Source: Amoebidium appalachense (lineage: Eukaryota; Protista; Ichthyosporea). From it: a stretch of DNA of 64,000 nt. The notes beneath the pieces are model-generated. The model was not told the DNA's origin and did not search any database. It saw nothing but the letters and a program-made list of their open reading frames with translations. The translations under genes and the position numbers were made by a program. Below are positions 53,637-64,000 of this stretch, one piece after another (positions within the stretch are counted from its first letter, which is position 1; every line of letters starts with the position of its first letter). Where the stretch lies: contig CAVNZM010000014.1 in assembly GCA_963693365.1 (NCBI GenBank), positions 4,712,001 through 4,776,000 of the forward strand, read 5' to 3'.

Positions 53637-55181
53637 TTACTGCTGAAGCAAATTTGTACCCACAAAAGTAGTTACCCTTCCACCATTATTCTCGCTCCTA
53701 GGGATCACCCCAGGCGAATTTGGTGCCGAGTTCGATCCCAACGTTTGCAACAAGTTACCAGACTGCGCCACCCTCTGTTGTGCCCGCAGCCTCGCAGCCG
53801 TACGCACGTAAACAATCTCTTTCATAAACGTGGTTGGAGTGAGAACTATCTCCACTTTCCCTTTCCGCTCGTAGTTTGACCTCACCATCTGCGCAATGTC
53901 TCTTATCCCAACGAAGGTCACGTTCACTCCGTTCACGCTGAAAATGGAGAAACCCGAGCGGGGGATGGGTTCGTTTCCTAGCGCCGCGTGGAGTGCGGAG
54001 CCTGGGGGAGGGGGTTGCACGACCCCTTGGTTGTCTATGCTGAGACCTATTGGGACACCGGCTGATCTCTGGACAAGCGTTAACTGTTTCATGATGGGTT
54101 GGTCACACACCGTCATGTTCAGCTCCGAAGAAGAGGTGATCAAAGCAAGAACCTCGGCAGCAGAAACACGTGTGTCTTTAACGAAAACTTCGTTCACTGC
54201 GTCTATTCTGTCGCCGACGTTCAGGCCTATTTTCCAAGCCGTCGTTTCTGGATATACGGTAGTGACATAGACACCAAAGCCAATACGACACAGGCTAACT
54301 CCAAACATAGCTCCTTGCTTCTTTTTGAAATTCAGCTCTCTCCTAATTGCCGTCTGGAGAGGTGGGAAGGATGGAGAAGGAGGGCCGGAAGTGAACGAGG
54401 GGGAGCTTAAAGAAGAGAGGGTTCCTGAACTGGCAGAACTAATAGTGCTGTCTGAGCCCATGAGGGGGCATTTCGTAAATGTGCGGCTGTGAAATGCATC
54501 ATAGATGTTGTTGCATGACGCTGACATGGGGCTTGTTCTCCCCGTGGTAGAGGAAAACGTGGAAAGGGAATCGGTAGATGCCGAGGATGGAAAGTTGGTT
54601 TGTCCTGGTCGTGTGGGGCGGGGGGAGGAAAACGCATCACAACTGAGACTCTGTGTGCTTGCCACCCGTTCCTCGGCTACGGAAATGGAAGGGGAAAGGA
54701 GACCGTTATCGGAGGGAGAGTCTGTCAAAACGGGCCCAACAGTACGTTTAGAACCGTCGATCTGCAGTTCCAGACCAGAGTTTGGGTTGGAAAGAGCGTT
54801 TAGGGAAGAAGGGAATTCTGAAGCAGATGAAGAACCTGCAGAGCCCTCACTGTCTGTGCTCGCTGCGCGTGCGAAGGTGGGGCTGGGAGGAGCAATGTCT
54901 ATCTGTATGTTGACTTCGGAAGGTGAAAACGTAAAAACTGAATTGACCCTTTCTGTGCGTCGTGTAACCTGCGCAGACCTTGGGGCGGTCAGGCGGGAAG
55001 CAGACAAGGTTTCATCCATCGTGTCCGGTTGTTCCGTCAAAACAGATACACTCTCGCTTCCAAGCTTGCTTCTACCATATATGCCTGTGGCTCCTATGCT
55101 TGTTTTCCGGTCTTTCCCTCCACTGAAAGAAAGTTTACCCCTGCTAATCGTGCCAACTATACCGTTTATTGTGGTTGACAT
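53637..55181 (-). CDS. Intronless syntenin-like tandem-PDZ protein with a long Ser/Pro-rich N-terminus, 514 aa
   Basis: RRELNFKKKQGAMFGVSL...GVYVTTV...GLNVGDRIDAVN...LNMTVCDQP...IFSVNGVNV...IVLTPTTFMKEIV follows the syntenin PDZ1-PDZ2 pattern. Confidence 0.8.
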   Translation of the reverse strand: MSTTINGIVGTISRGKLSFSGGKDRKTSIGATGIYGRSKLGSESVSVLTEQPDTMDETLSASRLTAPRSAQVTRRTERVNSVFTFSPSEVNIQIDIAPPSPTFARAASTDSEGSAGSSSASEFPSSLNALSNPNSGLELQIDGSKRTVGPVLTDSPSDNGLLSPSISVAEERVASTQSLSCDAFSSPRPTRPGQTNFPSSASTDSLSTFSSTTGRTSPMSASCNNIYDAFHSRTFTKCPLMGSDSTISSASSGTLSSLSSPSFTSGPPSPSFPPLQTAIRRELNFKKKQGAMFGVSLCRIGFGVYVTTVYPETTAWKIGLNVGDRIDAVNEVFVKDTRVSAAEVLALITSSSELNMTVCDQPIMKQLTLVQRSAGVPIGLSIDNQGVVQPPPPGSALHAALGNEPIPRSGFSIFSVNGVNVTFVGIRDIAQMVRSNYERKGKVEIVLTPTTFMKEIVYVRTAARLRAQQRVAQSGNLLQTLGSNSAPNSPGVIPRSENNGGRVTTFVGTNLLQQ

Positions 55182-56589
55182 GGTGCTTGGTGGCGGCTAG
55201 CACTGATCGCTCCGTTCTATGGTTGTGTGCTCTGGTGTGATTTGGCCAAAGCACTTATGCACGTCACTAGTAGATACAATTGGTGCTAGTTCTACATTTA
55301 ATTCAGCTATATTTCTGTAGGATTACAGAAGAAAACGTAAGAGAACATGAACTTTCGTTTCTTCCTGAAAGTTTCGAGCAAAGAAATGAACTCCACAAAG
55401 CCTCGGTTGTGCGACTTTGTGCAAGCAGTGAAAGTCTCAGCCGAGCATCTTATGCCCCTCCCCGGCAAAACGCAAATTGGCAAATAGAGTTTTAACCAAT
55501 CATATGACAGATTGTACATTCCTCCAGGAATATTTTTTCTTTTCTCAACTACGCACGTACTGCTTGAAAGTTTGTGGGAAAACAAAGAGGGCGAAAAAGC
55601 AAAAAATGTTATAGATGAAGATACAAAAATAAAGCTTATTATCTAAAATTACCTGTGTTTAATGAAGTATCGCCTATGCCTTTCACTCCCTAACGCCATA
55701 ACACGCACAGTCGCACATAAGCTTGCAAGTTGCCAGCCTGCCAGGTGTCCGGCTTTCAGCTAAAGATCTAAAGCATTTTGATTAGTTAGATATCCTTCCT
55801 TTTCAATCAATCACATGCTCGCAGGTACAGCAGAAACCAATCAAAACGCGATAGATTAGCTGTGGTTTTTGCATGGCTATTGCGGCAAGATCTTGCCGTG
55901 ATATTGGATTCACCACGATTACGTAATCAGCTTGCTTGTACAAAACTAAACGCTTTCTAACTATCAGTATGATCAATATTTCATACGCCTACCGTGAAAC
56001 ATCTAAAACAATATAAAAAGGACAAAATTACGCATTTACCGCCGTTTTCATCCTTTTGTTCACACAGCTCAGAAGCAGCACGTACGAGCGTGGTTCGAGG
56101 CGTCAAAACGTCTACCAATGAAAAAGCTTCAGGTGCGTACTCCTCCAATCAACAGCGCGGCTCACACAAGACCATATATGGCGTGCTGCAGCTATCCATG
56201 ATTGAACGCTATTTTTAGCCTCGTTTGTTGATGCAAATCGATCAGATTCAACGCGTTGCACAAGCTCCGGGCACATGCATATGCATGCGCATGTTTTCTT
56301 TGGACACATGTGCATGTGGCTTTCGATATGATATGGGTTCCCCGCACACATGCACAGCATTTTCGACAGACGCACACGCGAGCAGGCACGCAATAACATG
56401 CACAGTACAACGCACACACAATAAGGCTCACACATTGGCTCGTGTGTGTTTACATACATGTATTGGCGGCGGGCCTGTGCACTCACTCATGATCACCCTC
56501 TCTCAGGCTGAGACATCATCAATAAATCTCTCTCTCGGCAAGCTCTCAGCTAGACTAGATCCCCCCCCCCCCCCCCCCCCCCCCCCTCT

Positions 56590-56665
<76 letters not shown>

Positions 56666-56778
56666 CTCTCTCTCTCTCTCTCCTCCCCCCCTCCCCCCCC
56701 TCTCTCTCCGTTTAAGGTTTCTCTCTCCCTCACTCGCTCGCTCTTGCGGGCCCTCAATCCTTTCTCCCTCTCTCTCTC

Positions 56779-56846
<68 letters not shown>

Positions 56847-57371
56847 GTGCGCGTGTGCGTGTGTGTCTGCGCGCGTACACCACGGTGTGTGTGTGTCTGT
56901 GTGCCTCTTTCTGTGTGTGTGTGTGTGTGTGTGTAAGGCTTCTGTGACACACCCACAACAAGACGGAGCACTTCACAGATAGGATTATCAGCGTGAGGTG
57001 GATGACCAGTTGGAAGAACGTGTCCGGGGGTGGGGGCGGTGGGTGGATGGGTTTGGGGGCGGGGGGAGGGGGAGAAGGGGCGGGAGGTGGGTAAATAATC
57101 AGAAGCCTCGGGACGGATGTGTGCCCATTCATTCATCATGGAAGAAATGTCCAATACCACAATACTCGAGCTAAATGCTGATTTAGTGTCGTTACAGTGA
57201 TTATCAATCTAACAACACATCTCGACCTTTCTACGAATTCGCTTTCGTTTTCATACATTCTTCGGCACTTTCTAATCTCAGGGTTTTCAAATACAGAGAA
57301 CTACACCACAAGCACTGATCCTCCCCCCCCCCCCCCCCCCCCCCCCCCCTCCCAAAAAAAAAAAAAAAAGG

Positions 57372-57409
<38 letters not shown>

Positions 57410-57415
57410 CATACA

Positions 57416-57489
<74 letters not shown>

Positions 57490-57687
57490 GACAGACATAC
57501 AGACACACACACACACACCGAAAGCCAGTGTCCAAGGAAAAAAAGGGGGGTACAAAAACGAAAGAAAAAGACTATCAACCACAAACCAAAAAAAAGGGTC
57601 ACCCACATTTGGCATACTTTTGAACCCTGCCGAATACCGAATTATTCATTCTAAAATTCATTAGATTGTCTGTCTTCACATTATTAA

Positions 57688-57730
<43 letters not shown>

Positions 57731-57902
57731 AAACACACATACACACATACACACACCACCACCACCATCACCACCACCACCACCACCACCACCACACACA
57801 TACACCCAGCTCCCACTCCCCCTTTCCACCTCATCCTTTCAACACCTTCGTTCATTCCTTCCAACCTTTTCCATCCCTTTCTATCTTCCACCCTTCCGCA
57901 GG

Positions 57903-63257
<5,355 letters not shown>

Positions 63258-63292
63258 CTGTACGTGTACGTGTGTGTGTGTGTGGTTTGGGG

Positions 63293-63336
<44 letters not shown>

Positions 63337-63381
63337 GGGAGGGAGAAAAGGCGGGGGGGGGGGGGGGGGGGGGGGGAGGTT

Positions 63382-63451
<70 letters not shown>

Positions 63452-63749
63452 GGGGGCAAAGGGGGGGGGGAAGGGGGAGGCGTGTTTGCATACATATGTA
63501 TGTGTATATGTATAGTGAAGCAAGTTTTGGAAAAGGATGAGAGAAAGTAAGAGGAGTGGATGTTATGTAATTGGTTGAGTTCGGATAACTGGACGTCTCT
63601 AATGTTACGTGGGAGGGTTGGGGGTTTTGACCACAAAACGAGAATTAATTTTAGTTGGAGACGAAATCTCGAAGGCACAGCAATACTACTTGTGTCAAGG
63701 GGAAATCGTCTAAGAAGCCATGCTGACATTATATCATAAAGGGCTTTAA

Positions 63750-64000
63750 CCTCTTCGGGCCGGCACCAATTGATTCAGCCGGCAGCCGGCCAGCTCTAAG
63801 CAGTTTTATACAACTCTATTGCGGCTCAAAATCGATAGAAAAAGTTCAAATAAATTGTAAATATCGACACGTATATGTTTACCTACATACGTTTCTAAGT
63901 TGGCTTGGGGGAAAATATCATTATTTCGTATACTTTTGTATCTGTTTCTGTGCTTCTGAAGTGACCATCTAGGGGAAATTGCCCGTATGAACTGGCCAAC
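63750..64000 (+). mobile_element. piggyBac-like element end, continuing off-window
   Basis: TTAA-cctcttcgggccggcac...; TTAA target followed by a CC terminus; second copy at 59987-60211. Confidence 0.7.

Overview
Eukaryotic, intron-rich and very microsatellite/homopolymer-rich DNA. Most long ORFs in the six-frame track are (CA)n, (CT)n or poly-C artefacts. The gene content (Ric-8, Integrator subunit 8, syntenin-like PDZ, cAMP-receptor-like GPCR) fits a unicellular holozoan or other opisthokont protist; that is an inference. Gene models spliced by hand, in order: first exon of a PNO1/Dim2-like gene (-) whose first intron holds at least four copies of a ~133-nt H/ACA-like RNA; a 10-exon Ric-8 (+); an F-box/LRR gene (-) and an intronless C2H2 zinc-finger gene (-), both inside a ~12-kb diverged inverted duplication; a 3-exon CAR/GCR1-like 7TM receptor (-); a 17-exon secreted-type Vps62-domain protein fused to a PLP/M6-like proteolipid membrane module (+); an intronless tandem-PDZ syntenin-like gene (-); and the 3' part of INTS8 (-), which contains an intron flanked by a 21-bp direct repeat. 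Several MITEs and one dispersed repeat with a strong sense-strand bias are also present. All protein assignments come from recognising motifs by eye, not from database searches.
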